Virus record (IMG/VR): IMGVR_UViG_3300020172_003900
Coordinates: 1 to 52,423 of that record
Direction: 5' to 3' (one strand)
DNA length: 52,423 bases
From: a virus
Lineage: Duplodnaviria; Caudoviricetes
The position numbers and the translations under genes were made by a program. Positions 10,307 through 20,354 of this stretch are shown in pieces (the stretch's first letter is position 1; every line of letters begins with the position of its first letter). The notes under the pieces were generated by a model. The model worked only from the letters and a program-made list of their open reading frames with translations. It was not told the origin of the DNA and searched no databases.

Positions 10307-11034
10307 TATTTCTTAAATTTAATTCCTAGTGAGTCAAATGACATCCAACTTGGCATCGTTTTATTAGCCTTTGGAGCTGGTGATGTTTTTGGTTTGTAAG
10401 GACTATCCTTATCAGGTTTTGTAGGTGTTTTGACAGGAGTTTTAACAGGAGCTTCTTTAGTGTCCTCACTAACTTTACCCATCGACATTAATTTACCAAT
10501 AGGTAAATTCATTTTTTTCTCTTCCACCATATTAATTAAATCTCCTTTTTTCATTTTAGGTTGAATGTATTTTTCAACCAAAGATACGATTTTATTTTCC
10601 AAAATCACGTCAAAAGGTAATTTATTTTCATTCATAGATTTTTTAATTGCTTGTACACATCTTTCAAATTTAGGTGTTTTTTTAGGGCCTAATTGACTAT
10701 GACATATTGCCCAAGGATTTGGTTCAAATTCTTTTTTAGACTTCTTCTTTTTAGTTTCTGTCATTTCACCCTCATTTTGAGTTGCGTAAATATTACCTGA
10801 AGAATCTTGTTTAATTGAAACTCCATCTACAACCGCTCCTGTTGTTTTTGCAGCTGAAGCAGGTATTTTGGTAGTTTTCACTTGTTTTGTAGTTTGAGTT
10901 ACTTGTTCCTTAGTTTCTTTTTTACTCTCAATTAAATTTTTGTGTAACTTATCAATCTCTGACTCACTTAAAGTCATTAGTGTTCTTTGGCTAAGACCAA
11001 ATTTAACTAGATTCGCATATTTGTTAGTTTTCAT
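10306..11034 (-). CDS. Hypothetical basic protein (possible virion protein)
   Basis: Lys/Pro-rich; NPWAIC motif; operonic. Confidence 0.65.
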   Translation of the reverse strand: MKTNKYANLVKFGLSQRTLMTLSESEIDKLHKNLIESKKETKEQVTQTTKQVKTTKIPASAAKTTGAVVDGVSIKQDSSGNIYATQNEGEMTETKKKKSKKEFEPNPWAICHSQLGPKKTPKFERCVQAIKKSMNENKLPFDVILENKIVSLVEKYIQPKMKKGDLINMVEEKKMNLPIGKLMSMGKVSEDTKEAPVKTPVKTPTKPDKDSPYKPKTSPAPKANKTMPSWMSFDSLGIKFKK

Positions 11035-11434
11035 ATACTACTTTTTTTTCAAATTCAAGAACGATATCTCGTTCATATAATTTATCTTTAATTTCTTGTT
11101 CTGATTCACCAAATCTAAAAACAAGTCTTTTTGTTGTGGTAAAATCAATATCTTCGTTTTCTTTCTCCCAAGCTAATGCTACAACATCATCCATAGAATC
11201 CATAAAACTAAAAAAATCAGAGTTCTGAATTAACTCAAATTCTAGTGAGGTGTTTTTCAGTACTCCAACTTTTTTTATAAACTCAAGTTCAGGTGGTTTT
11301 GGATAACCATTAGATGGTTTTGACTCCCAAGATTCTCCCCAAACATTTTTTATATCGTCAGAAAAAATAAATTCATACATATTATCACCTTTATAATTAG
11401 GACCTAATCCATTAACATAAACTAAGTGAATCAT
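11024..11434 (-). CDS. Hypothetical protein
   Basis: 136-aa operonic ORF. Confidence 0.65.
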   Translation of the reverse strand: MIHLVYVNGLGPNYKGDNMYEFIFSDDIKNVWGESWESKPSNGYPKPPELEFIKKVGVLKNTSLEFELIQNSDFFSFMDSMDDVVALAWEKENEDIDFTTTKRLVFRFGESEQEIKDKLYERDIVLEFEKKVVYEN

Positions 11435-12792
11435 AGAATTTGACCTTTAGGTGTAACTTTATATTGTTTGTTATTTATTTCAAAAACTAAATTTTTCTTA
11501 TTAGTTTTACCAACTAAAGTAGCCGATTTTTTTTCTTGTAAAAATTTTCTAGCCGCTATTTCTTGGTCGATACTTTCAGATAATCTTTTAATCTCACTAT
11601 TACGTTTACTGATTTTTTGTTTGTTTTCGTTAACTCTTTGTTTTGACAAATCATCATTAAATTTTTTCTCAGATTCATTAATACTAAAATATTTCATAAG
11701 AACATTTTCAATTTTAGCTTCCATAAAGATAGAATCTGCAATTTTACCTACGTGGTTAAATTCATCTTCCTCTTCACTGAACTGACCTGGTGTCATACCT
11801 TTCATAAGTGTTTTGTCTGCAATATCTTGAGCTAAATCTGCCCAAGTTTCACCAACTTCACCAAAACCAAGAGGTTCTTCAGTTTCAACATCATCTGCAG
11901 GTACTTCTTCTTCACCTTCTTCTTCATCCCCAAAATCCATATCTTCTTCATCCCCAAAATCCATATCTTCTTCGTCTTCAATACCTTCAAATTTATTAAG
12001 AATATCTTCTCTATCATCTTCATCAAGATTATTTAAATCTAATGCAGACAATATAGAATTAATAACATACTTAATATCTTTAGAAGACATTTGATTTTCT
12101 TCATCAGAATTAAGAGTTCTTAATTTTTGACCTAATTTACCTGTAAGTTTTTGGATTAATTTAAAAGTAACTACATCATCTTTATCGTCGTCACCAACTG
12201 GTTCTGTAGTACCTTCTTCGTTACCTCCCATATCCATATCATCCATAGGTGGTTCTGGCATATCCATATCATCCATAGGTGGAGGAGGTACATCTCCTCC
12301 TTCTGTAGGTGGAGCTGGTGGGGGTGGTAATGTTGCCGCAGGTGATGCAGGTGCAGGTGGTGCGGGTACATTTTCTACGTCTTCGGTAGGGTTAGTATTT
12401 TTTTTTTCAGCGTTTGGTGTTTTCAAAACGAATTTTTTTTGTTCAGAAAACAAAGAAACACCTTCCTTATTATTATGTAATTCATTCATTTCTTTAGTCA
12501 TTAAATTTAATCTTTTTAATGCTTGTGAATATGAATTAAAATATTTTCTATCTTGAATAGGTGCGATATATCCTGTTTCAGATTCAGAAATTGTTTGTTT
12601 AATAATATAACCAGACTTTTCTCTTATGATTTGATATTCATTTCCATCGGCTAGTGTTAAACTATACTCACCTTTGGACGTTTCATTAATTGATGAAGGA
12701 ACGTTTTCTCTAAATTTAGATAATTCAATTATCCTTTGAATTTTATCCATTCCTTGAAGTTTTTCACTCCCTAGTGGTTTTAAATCTCCCAT
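11431..12792 (-). CDS. Hypothetical acidic/Pro-rich protein, probable prohead core component
   Basis: Pro-rich linker, short repeats (PPMDDMDM, EEDMDFGD), many L/I-x-E sites. Confidence 0.6.
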   Translation of the reverse strand: MGDLKPLGSEKLQGMDKIQRIIELSKFRENVPSSINETSKGEYSLTLADGNEYQIIREKSGYIIKQTISESETGYIAPIQDRKYFNSYSQALKRLNLMTKEMNELHNNKEGVSLFSEQKKFVLKTPNAEKKNTNPTEDVENVPAPPAPASPAATLPPPPAPPTEGGDVPPPPMDDMDMPEPPMDDMDMGGNEEGTTEPVGDDDKDDVVTFKLIQKLTGKLGQKLRTLNSDEENQMSSKDIKYVINSILSALDLNNLDEDDREDILNKFEGIEDEEDMDFGDEEDMDFGDEEEGEEEVPADDVETEEPLGFGEVGETWADLAQDIADKTLMKGMTPGQFSEEEDEFNHVGKIADSIFMEAKIENVLMKYFSINESEKKFNDDLSKQRVNENKQKISKRNSEIKRLSESIDQEIAARKFLQEKKSATLVGKTNKKNLVFEINNKQYKVTPKGQIL

Positions 12793-12897
12793 TGTATTGT
12801 TAATTTAATTTTTTTCTTATTTATTAGTCTTACTTATTTAGGTTATTGACTATAATATTTTTTTCTTTATAAATATATCAATATGCCCATTATTTCA

Positions 12898-13650
12898 TCA
12901 ATCGTTTATCTTATTTTCCATAGATAAACGTTTATCCATAAGTTCATTCTCAAAATCGTATAACTTTTCGATATATCCATTTCTTCTAAGAACTTTAAAA
13001 ACCAAGTTTTCTGTTGAGTACTCTCCTCCTTTGTCTAAACCACACTTTCTAAATTTCTTAATTTTATCTTTATATTTTTGGATTAATTTTTTAGAATCTT
13101 CAAGCTCTTCATCTGACGCATTTTCAATAACACCATCAATTATATCCATCCATTGTTTAGATTTTGACTCAATTTCTTTTTTATTTATCTCAACATCTTC
13201 TTTCTTAGGTTTTTTAATCCAATCATCATATAAAATAGAATAAACCCCAGTACTTTCGTGAGGTTCGTTTTCATCTTGAGCATATAACTCAACTTCATAA
13301 TTCTTAATCTTAATATCGTGATTAGAATTAAATAATAATTTTTTTAGATTAAATAATTTTTGATATAATTCTAAAGATTCTGTTGGGAATTGATTAAAGT
13401 CAATCAATATGTGTAAATCAAAATCAGAATATTTTGACCAATTGTAATTTGATAATGACCCTGTTAGTATGATATCATTAACAAAAACAGGAACATCTAA
13501 GAATTCTATAAACTCATAAGCAATCTCAAGTAACCTTTCTCTTATTTCAGGTTTCATTTTTTCAACACCGCCTTTAGACAAATCCCATACAAAAGGGTTG
13601 AGTTCGTCTTGTAGTAAAAAACTTTTTAAAATGCTCTGATTAGATTCCAT
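12898..13650 (-). CDS. Pol-beta-superfamily nucleotidyltransferase
   Basis: ILTGS...SDFDLH (GS + DxD) and a third acidic residue in VELY. Confidence 0.7.
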   Translation of the reverse strand: MESNQSILKSFLLQDELNPFVWDLSKGGVEKMKPEIRERLLEIAYEFIEFLDVPVFVNDIILTGSLSNYNWSKYSDFDLHILIDFNQFPTESLELYQKLFNLKKLLFNSNHDIKIKNYEVELYAQDENEPHESTGVYSILYDDWIKKPKKEDVEINKKEIESKSKQWMDIIDGVIENASDEELEDSKKLIQKYKDKIKKFRKCGLDKGGEYSTENLVFKVLRRNGYIEKLYDFENELMDKRLSMENKIND

Positions 13651-13679
13651 AAATATAAATACCTAAAAGTTTAACTTTG

Positions 13680-13922
13680 TTAAACCTTTTTGTATTTATG
13701 AATTTTTGAAATGTTTGAGTTAAAGAATTTACCTTGCGATTCGGCCATTCTAAATTGTGTGTAAGTCTTATGAGGAACGTCATCATATTCATATTTCGCT
13801 CCGTTTTTAAATTCTACGACTAATTTACTTGTTTCAGTGTCGTATTCTGCTCTTACTAAATTACTTGAATCTATTTCATTAATAATTTTAGTACCGTCAA
13901 TAATTTCTTTTTTAATTGCCAT
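13680..13922 (-). CDS. KTSC domain protein
   Basis: SSNLVRAEYD...LVVEFKNGAKYEYDDVP...AESQGKFFNSNI. Confidence 0.85.
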   Translation of the reverse strand: MAIKKEIIDGTKIINEIDSSNLVRAEYDTETSKLVVEFKNGAKYEYDDVPHKTYTQFRMAESQGKFFNSNISKIHKYKKV

Positions 13923-13937
13923 AATTTACTAATTAGG

Positions 13938-14231
13938 TTAGTTTAATGGAGTTTCATCATCAATGTGTTTCATCTCTTTTTTAAGATAATCTACAAATTC
14001 GTTATGGTCAATATCAAAATACATTCTTATCTCATTAAATAATCTTTTGTGTTCTTGACTAAATTGTTGATAATAAGCCATTATATCTTTTGGGTAATAA
14101 GGTGGTTTTACTAAATCTTCTTCAGACCATCCCTCTCTTTTGAAACAGTGTCTAAGATTACGGTATATAGATTGTAATTCTTTATCCGAATCAAGTTGTT
14201 TAATATATTTTTCAAAAGGTCTCATAGTCAT
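13938..14231 (-). CDS. Hypothetical protein
   Basis: 97-aa ORF (start may be 14225). Confidence 0.6.
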   Translation of the reverse strand: MTMRPFEKYIKQLDSDKELQSIYRNLRHCFKREGWSEEDLVKPPYYPKDIMAYYQQFSQEHKRLFNEIRMYFDIDHNEFVDYLKKEMKHIDDETPLN

Positions 14232-14246
14232 AAATATAATAAAAAT

Positions 14247-14272
14247 AAAAAACCCCCAATTTGTGGGGGTTT
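14247..14272 (-). terminator. Intrinsic terminator
   Basis: AAACCCCCA/TGGGGGTTT stem followed by U-tract on minus strand. Confidence 0.7.
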
Positions 14273-14275
14273 AAA

Positions 14276-14683
14276 TTATGACCTTAATTTTTTTAACTCG
14301 TCTCTAATTTCGATTGCCTTTTCAAAATTTTGTTCATCAATCATTTTTTTAAGTTCCAATTCTAATTTCTCAAGATTTTTCAAATTCTTTTCAAAATTTT
14401 TAATTTGGTCTCTTAATTTAACCGCTGATTCAAAATCTTCACTTTCAATAGCAACCTCTAATTGTTTCTTCAATTTCATTAAACCATTTTTATCATTAGA
14501 TTCAGGTTTAAATTTTTTAGTAAATGTAGTAATTTGAAGCGAACCGTCTTCATTTTCATAAACTTGTTTATCCCAATTTTTTAAATCTAAATTGGATTTC
14601 CAAGTCGAATTAAATTGATTGTCAAATTGAGACATCATTTTGTCAAAGTCTCTAAAAAAATCATTAAAATCTCTTCCAAACAT
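14276..14683 (-). CDS. Tandem UVR (UvrB/UvrC)-motif protein, McsA-C-terminus-like putative ClpC adaptor
   Basis: AIESEDFESAVKLRDQIK and MIDEQNFEKAIEIRDELK; divergent from clpC. Confidence 0.7.
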   Translation of the reverse strand: MFGRDFNDFFRDFDKMMSQFDNQFNSTWKSNLDLKNWDKQVYENEDGSLQITTFTKKFKPESNDKNGLMKLKKQLEVAIESEDFESAVKLRDQIKNFEKNLKNLEKLELELKKMIDEQNFEKAIEIRDELKKLRS

Positions 14684-14787
14684 AATTTTTAAATTTTTTA
14701 TTAATTTTATTTTTTATTTTCAATAATTCTATCTAATTTTGTTCCATTATAATAATATTAGAAAAATTGTCACAAGTCAAATACATA

Positions 14788-14869
14788 ATATGACTTTTTG
14801 TCATATGTAAATATTTTGTACTGACAATTTGTCAAATGTTGAATTTTTAAAATAATTTTAGTATCTTTG
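14788..14869 (+). promoter_or_regulatory. clpC promoter with two TGAC-N5-GTCA palindromes
   Basis: TGACTTTTTGTCA 14791-14803, TGACAATTTGTCA 14822-14834; Bacteroidota -7 box TATCTTTG 14862-14869. Confidence 0.55.
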
Positions 14870-14886
14870 TATAAAATAACGAACAT

Positions 14887-16911
14887 ATGATAGAGTCAAT
14901 GGATAACGAAAACCAAAAAGAAAACAAAAGAACCTCAGATTCATCAACACCCGCGTTAGATAATTTTAGTCGTGATTTGATTAAATTGGCGGAGCAAGGT
15001 AAATTAGACCCTGTTGTTGGTAGAGAAAAAGAAATTTTGCGTATCGCACAAATTCTTTCTCGTAGAAAAAAGAATAACCCAATTATTATTGGTGAACCTG
15101 GTTGTGGTAAAACCGCAATTGTCGAGGGTTTGGCTATGAAAATATATGAAGGGGATTGTCCAAGAAATTTAGCAGATAAAAGAATTTTATCCTTAGATAT
15201 GACATCTATTGTTGCTGGTACAAAATATAGAGGTCAATTTGAGGAAAGAATGAAAGTGGTTATTGAAGAGTTACAATCAAACCCTGATATCATTGTGTTT
15301 ATAGATGAAATTCACACTATAGTTGGTGCGGGTAATTCGTCAGGTTCATTAGACGCTTCTAATATCTTTAAACCAGCACTTGCTCGTGGAGAAATCCAAT
15401 GTATTGGGGCTACTACTTTAGACGAATACCGTAAAAATTTTGAAAAGGATGGGGCGTTAGAACGTAGATTCCAAAAAGTGATTGTTGATGGAGCAACTAA
15501 GGAAGAAACTTTAGTAATTTTACAAAACTTAAAAGATAGGTATGAGAATTTTCATAAAGTATCTTTTAGTGATGAAGTACTTCAAACTTGTGTTAATTTA
15601 GCTGAGAGATATATTACTGACCGAGAATTTCCTGATAAGGCTATTGACATATTAGATGAAGTTGGTGCTCGTAGTCAAGTTGATATTAAATTACCTGAAA
15701 TTATTGAGGAGTTAAAGTTGAAGGCTCTTGATATTAAAAATCAAAAAGTTGAGGTAGTTAAAAGTCAGAAGTATGAGGAAGCTGCTCAACTTAGAGACAA
15801 AGAAAGAAAAATCACGTCTAAACTTGAAGACGAAAAAAAGAAATTTGAAGAAAGTTTAAATACCAAAAAGAAAGAGGTTACTTTGGAATTGGTTTACGAT
15901 GTGGTTTCAAATATGACTAAAATACCTGTTAGTAAATTAAATGCCGATGATACTAAAGCATTAGTTGATTTGGATGTTAATTTAAATAATAAAGTTATTG
16001 GTCAACCTGAAGCGGTTAAGCGTATTGCAAAATCGATTCGAAGAAATCGTTTAGGTATTAAGGACCCAAATAGACCAATTGGTTCATTTATATTCTTAGG
16101 GTCGACTGGTGTTGGTAAAACATATTTGGCAAAACAATTAGCCAGAGAAGTTTTTGGTAGTGAAGATAATCTTATCCGTGTTGATATGTCCGAATACCAA
16201 GAGAAACACACAGTATCTCGTTTGATTGGGGCTCCTCCAGGATATGTTGGGTATGATGAAGGTGGTCAATTAACCGAACAGGTTAAAAACAAACCTTATT
16301 CTGTAATCTTATTTGATGAGATTGAGAAAGCAAACAAAGACATCTTCTCATCTTTACTTCAAATGTTGGATGACGGTCATATGACTGATGGTTTAGGTCG
16401 TAAGATTAACTTTAAAAATTGTATCATCATTATGACATCAAACTTGGGTGTTAAAAAACTACAAGATTTTGGTAATGGTGTTGGTTTTTCAAATTCAAAT
16501 AACGCATTTGTTAATGAAGAATTAAGAAAACAAACATTACAAAAAGAGTTAAAGAAATTTTTTGCACCTGAATTCTTAAACCGTATTGACGATACTATTA
16601 TCTTCAATAGCTTAGGTCAAAATGATGTTGATAAGATTGTTGCAATCGAATTAGATAAACTAAAAGTTCGTTTAGATAATATGAAATATCAAATTACATT
16701 TGATGATTCAATTTCTAAGATGATTTCTAAAGTTGGATTTGATGAGATGTATGGGGCTCGTCCTTTAAAAAGAGCGATTCAAGACAAAGTTGAGGACTTT
16801 ATTTCGGAAGAAGTACTTAAAGGGAACATTAAAGAAGAAATTACTTATGTCCTAATTACGGAAGATGGTGAAAATGTAACCATCCAAACTAAAAAGAAAA
16901 AAGGGGTTTAG
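14887..16911 (+). CDS. clpC: ClpC-type AAA+ unfoldase lacking the N-terminal Clp-repeat domain
   Basis: Two NBDs ([16 protein letters not shown]), UVR M-domain YEEAAQLRD, ClpP-docking VGF loop, GARPL. Confidence 0.9.
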   Translation: MIESMDNENQKENKRTSDSSTPALDNFSRDLIKLAEQGKLDPVVGREKEILRIAQILSRRKKNNPIIIGEPGCGKTAIVEGLAMKIYEGDCPRNLADKRILSLDMTSIVAGTKYRGQFEERMKVVIEELQSNPDIIVFIDEIHTIVGAGNSSGSLDASNIFKPALARGEIQCIGATTLDEYRKNFEKDGALERRFQKVIVDGATKEETLVILQNLKDRYENFHKVSFSDEVLQTCVNLAERYITDREFPDKAIDILDEVGARSQVDIKLPEIIEELKLKALDIKNQKVEVVKSQKYEEAAQLRDKERKITSKLEDEKKKFEESLNTKKKEVTLELVYDVVSNMTKIPVSKLNADDTKALVDLDVNLNNKVIGQPEAVKRIAKSIRRNRLGIKDPNRPIGSFIFLGSTGVGKTYLAKQLAREVFGSEDNLIRVDMSEYQEKHTVSRLIGAPPGYVGYDEGGQLTEQVKNKPYSVILFDEIEKANKDIFSSLLQMLDDGHMTDGLGRKINFKNCIIIMTSNLGVKKLQDFGNGVGFSNSNNAFVNEELRKQTLQKELKKFFAPEFLNRIDDTIIFNSLGQNDVDKIVAIELDKLKVRLDNMKYQITFDDSISKMISKVGFDEMYGARPLKRAIQDKVEDFISEEVLKGNIKEEITYVLITEDGENVTIQTKKKKGV

Positions 16912-16961
16912 TACCCCTTTTTTTTTATATATAAAAAAACCCTCAATTTGAGGGTTTTTTT
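16898..16961. terminator. Two tandem bidirectional terminators between convergent genes
   Basis: AAAAAAGGGGT..ACCCCTTTTT and AAAAAACCCTCAA-T-TTGAGGGTTTTTT. Confidence 0.8.
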
Positions 16962-16963
16962 GT

Positions 16964-17794
16964 TTACCAGTATTTGAATGTCACAGATTTCTGAGGACTA
17001 TGATGATATTTGTTATAACCTAACAAATCTATCATTTTCTTACCCATTTCAATCCCATTAAAAGTATCTTCCACAACAACATATTCATTTTTAGTGTGGT
17101 AGTTATAATATCCTATTGAAAAGTTTATACAAGAAAAATCAAATTTAGTTTTAAGGGCATAAACATCGGTATATGGGTGTATCATATACTGTCTTTTAGG
17201 GTTCATATTTTCACTGATGACTTTATCACATTTTTCAAAAAATTCACTATCTCTACTGAATAGTTTTGCTCCAAAACAAGTTTCGGTAATCATCCAACTT
17301 TCAGGAGCGTCAAACTGTATGGCGTATCCCACATTTGTAAAAAAACTTGGGTCTGCATATCTTGAGCCGTGACAACCAGTTTCTTCTGAAACAAAAAACG
17401 CTGCTTTTAAATTAGGTAATTCTTCGAGTAATTCAAGACAAGCGAAAACTCCACATTTGTCATCACCACCAATACCTGTAGGGTTTCCTTGGTCGTTATA
17501 AGCTTTTAAAGATAATTTTAATTCTCCATCGGTATTTGGTAACATTTCTTCCCTAACATTAATACTATCTAACTTATGTACAGTATCGGTATGTGAAACA
17601 ACGCAAGGAAACATAAAATCTTCAGAGATTTCACCACTTTGTTTAGTGGCGTAAACATTCAAATGTTCGTCAACGTAATATTCGATATTTTTACTTTTTA
17701 ACCAATCAACTATGAATTGGACCATTTCCTCTTCTTGGTAAGTATAAGTAGGGACCGATAACACCTCTTTGAGTAATTGCAAATTTCTTGCCAT
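16964..17794 (-). CDS. M20/M28-type zinc metallo-peptidase
   Basis: SHTDTVH, GIGGDDKCG, VSEETG, QFD, YHT ligand motifs. Confidence 0.8.
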   Translation of the reverse strand: MARNLQLLKEVLSVPTYTYQEEEMVQFIVDWLKSKNIEYYVDEHLNVYATKQSGEISEDFMFPCVVSHTDTVHKLDSINVREEMLPNTDGELKLSLKAYNDQGNPTGIGGDDKCGVFACLELLEELPNLKAAFFVSEETGCHGSRYADPSFFTNVGYAIQFDAPESWMITETCFGAKLFSRDSEFFEKCDKVISENMNPKRQYMIHPYTDVYALKTKFDFSCINFSIGYYNYHTKNEYVVVEDTFNGIEMGKKMIDLLGYNKYHHSPQKSVTFKYW

Positions 17795-17832
17795 AATTTT
17801 TGTATATATTAGACAAATATACGAAAAATATT

Positions 17833-18864
17833 TTAATCAAACAATTCAGGATGATATAAAAAATTATTAAATTGTTCTAAATCGTAATTACCCTTTTTAA
17901 AATCCATTGTACCCTTTTTCTTATATTCAATTTCAATATTATTGGTTTCGGGATTAACTCTGATAACTTTAAACATCATTTTACTTTCATCCTTAGGTCT
18001 GCCATACCAAACATTAAATTTAAATTTTTTAGTAACGTATGATACAATATTTTTATATTGTTCTAAATCGGCAAATTTATCATCATCTTCCATATCTGAA
18101 ATAATATTGTCTAATTGATATGAGATACTTCGATTAAACGAATCATAATCAAATTCATCAGATGTAAAATATTCATATATTTCATTATAGTAATCACCAT
18201 TAACTGATTTAGTATGTCCTATAGTTTTTAATAGAGTTAATAAATCACTATTTTTATCACCATACTTATCGTAAAGTTTTATTAAGTTATCTACAGTTGT
18301 CACATATCTATTAAAACAACCTTGACTGTTATGGATACCTTCATCATAGAAAATTTCACACAATTCTTTGGTAATTTCTTTTTCCATAGAAGATTTATAA
18401 GCCCCGTCCATTTCCGATTCATAATCCCCGATAATGTAATCGATTCTATTATTAAATAATTCCTCTAATAGTTTACAAAATTCTACGTTTTTCCCATCAT
18501 CATCAAGATTTAAATTTGGGGCAATGAGTCTTTTAATTTCCTCCATTTTTTCACGATTTTCTTCATTAAAATAATGAGGAAAAACATACCCTTCTCTCCA
18601 ATCTTCTTCCGCTCTGTAGTTATCAAACAATTCTAATCCACTGTAAGTTGAAAAAAGATGGGTTAAGAACCAAATATCATCGTTATGAAAATCAAATAAT
18701 TTAAAATATTGTTCGTCATTTTCAAATCTTAAACTAATAATTCCATTTGGTCTTACATTAAAAATTAAATCGTCAGTTAACTTATCTCCGTCTAACAATC
18801 CTCGTTTAAACATATGCAATTGCATATATAACCAATCAGGATTTGACTCTTTTAATATTTTCAT
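17833..18864 (-). CDS. Hypothetical protein
   Basis: 343-aa ORF; N-terminal MKILKES; GTATTTAT motif upstream. Confidence 0.65.
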   Translation of the reverse strand: MKILKESNPDWLYMQLHMFKRGLLDGDKLTDDLIFNVRPNGIISLRFENDEQYFKLFDFHNDDIWFLTHLFSTYSGLELFDNYRAEEDWREGYVFPHYFNEENREKMEEIKRLIAPNLNLDDDGKNVEFCKLLEELFNNRIDYIIGDYESEMDGAYKSSMEKEITKELCEIFYDEGIHNSQGCFNRYVTTVDNLIKLYDKYGDKNSDLLTLLKTIGHTKSVNGDYYNEIYEYFTSDEFDYDSFNRSISYQLDNIISDMEDDDKFADLEQYKNIVSYVTKKFKFNVWYGRPKDESKMMFKVIRVNPETNNIEIEYKKKGTMDFKKGNYDLEQFNNFLYHPELFD

Positions 18865-18897
18865 CTATATTTACTTTAACAATAAATACTTAAGATG

Positions 18898-18944
18898 TTT
18901 GGATATTTACAAAACTATTAGTATCTTTGTAATGTTCTTTGAAA
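18898..18944 (+). promoter_or_regulatory. Bacteroidota sigmaA-type promoter plus boxA-like element for tmRNA
   Basis: TTTG(18898)-N20-TATCTTTG(18922); GTTCTTTGAAA 18934-18944. Confidence 0.7.
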
Positions 18945-18948
18945 ATAT

Positions 18949-19333
18949 GGGGATGAATGGAATCGATTGGCATAGTTGGTTATCGGTGGCACGTAGGAAC
19001 TGAGTTAATTCCTTAAAAACTGATTCAAACGATTAGACGGCAACGTTCTAGACAAAATGGCTCTATTAGGTCTTGTTAAACAAGATGAGCTTGTAGCGGT
19101 AGCGTAAGCACAACTACATTCGGGTCGGCAGACATATAACCCAGGAACAGGAGTCTTTGATGGGTTTGGTTTCTACCCTAAAGAAACTAAGTGGAGGAAT
19201 AGTTCTCAGTAAACCGAACCACTTTAAAAATAAGGGAATTGTGAATTTCGGAGTATTAGAAAATACTGACCTAAACGTGTAGTCACCTATAGTCAAGATG
19301 AACAAGACGAGAGTTCGAATCTCTCCATCTCCA
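18949..19333 (+). ncRNA. ssrA: tmRNA; predicted tag (A)GNVLDKMALLGLVKQDELVAVA* at 19039-19107
   Basis: GGGGATG/CATCTCCA acceptor with G3-U70, 3' T-arm GAGAGTTCGAATCTCTC, 385 nt, internal Ala-ending tag ORF. Confidence 0.9.
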
Positions 19334-19341
19334 CTAAAATG

Positions 19342-19372
19342 TTAAGGGGGTTTATCGCCCCCTTAATCTTTT
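19342..19372 (+). terminator. Terminator after tmRNA
   Basis: TTAAGGGGG/CCCCCTTAA stem then TCTTTT. Confidence 0.65.
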
Positions 19373-19461
19373 AAAACCAGTATTGACAATTTCTATGGAT
19401 ATACTATATTTATAATCTGAAATTATAATAAATCAAACTATAAAACAAAAACAAAACAAAA

Positions 19462-19626
19462 ATGAAAAATTTAATTTTCGCAATCGGTGTAGTAGCAGTA
19501 TTATCTTCTTGTGGTGGTAACACTAAAACTGAAGAAGTATCTAAAACAGATTCAACTGCAGTTGTTACTGACTCTACAAAATGTTGTGCAGATTCTACTA
19601 TGGTAGACACTACATCGGTAAAGTAA
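19462..19626 (+). CDS. 54-aa lipoprotein with repeated D-S/T-T motifs (missed by ORF track)
   Basis: MKNLIFAIGVVAVLSSC|GGNTKTEEVSKTDSTAVVTDSTKCCADSTMVDTTSVK; lipobox LSSC; A-rich upstream; terminator follows. Confidence 0.75.
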   Translation: MKNLIFAIGVVAVLSSCGGNTKTEEVSKTDSTAVVTDSTKCCADSTMVDTTSVK

Positions 19627-19647
19627 TTTTTTAATTACTTAGCCAAT

Positions 19648-19676
19648 AAAAAACCCTCAAATTGAGGGTTTTTTTT
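19648..19676. terminator. Bidirectional terminator
   Basis: AAAAAACCCTCAA-A-TTGAGGGTTTTTT, near-identical to the hairpin at 16934. Confidence 0.8.
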
Positions 19677-20337
19677 ATTTTGAAAAGAATGATAAAAAAT
19701 CTTCTAAGGCTTTAAGTAAATCTCCACCATCAATTAAGTCTTTAATCTTTTTACCGTTATATTCTTGATTTAAAATGTTATTTAATAATTCATTCTCATC
19801 GTCACTACCACCGTATTCACCACTTAATTCTTCTTCAGATGCCCCCGCTTTATTTGATACGTGTAAGTGATTATAGTGATTTCCACCTGTATTTGTTTGC
19901 CATAACACCGCTTTATCATTACCTGACTCAGTATTCCAAATATACCCCAAATCAACTAAAGCATCTTTGACTTTAAAACCTAATTCTCTAAATTTTGAAT
20001 TTCCGTTTGTTGAGTTTGTTGCTCCTCCTGAACCTATACCATCTAAAATTGCAACGTCTACTCCTGTACCATTCATATGTCGGCTAATTCTATCAGTACC
20101 TGCAACATTTTCATTATGACCTGATTTAGCCGTAGTTATAGTTAAAATAACACCAGTCGCTTCACCAGCTTTCTGTAAATCGTCTAACAAACCTTTATTT
20201 ACTTTATCGTTTTTAGTTGCATCATTATCATATTTAACGTTAGAATATGACGTATCTTCCAACTCAACAAACTCAAGTTCATTAAGTAACATCAATTTTC
20301 TAACCTTATTAATATCTTCAACTAATATTTTACTCAT
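19675..20337 (-). CDS. Peptidase M15-like (LAS) Zn peptidoglycan hydrolase, possibly virion-associated
   Basis: SRHMNGTGVD (HxxxxxxD) and HYNHLHVS (HxH). Confidence 0.7.
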   Translation of the reverse strand: MSKILVEDINKVRKLMLLNELEFVELEDTSYSNVKYDNDATKNDKVNKGLLDDLQKAGEATGVILTITTAKSGHNENVAGTDRISRHMNGTGVDVAILDGIGSGGATNSTNGNSKFRELGFKVKDALVDLGYIWNTESGNDKAVLWQTNTGGNHYNHLHVSNKAGASEEELSGEYGGSDDENELLNNILNQEYNGKKIKDLIDGGDLLKALEDFLSFFSK

Positions 20338-20354
20338 AATAATAAATACTTTAA

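Noticed and set aside
513-12371. Antisense or overlapping ORFs in the track (e.g. 1818-2765 Ser-rich, 5352-6005, 11468-11785)
   Set aside because: Shadow frames of the acidic, well-supported minus-strand genes
19410-19610. Minus-strand 66-aa ORF
   Set aside because: Antisense to the better-supported lipoprotein at 19462-19626
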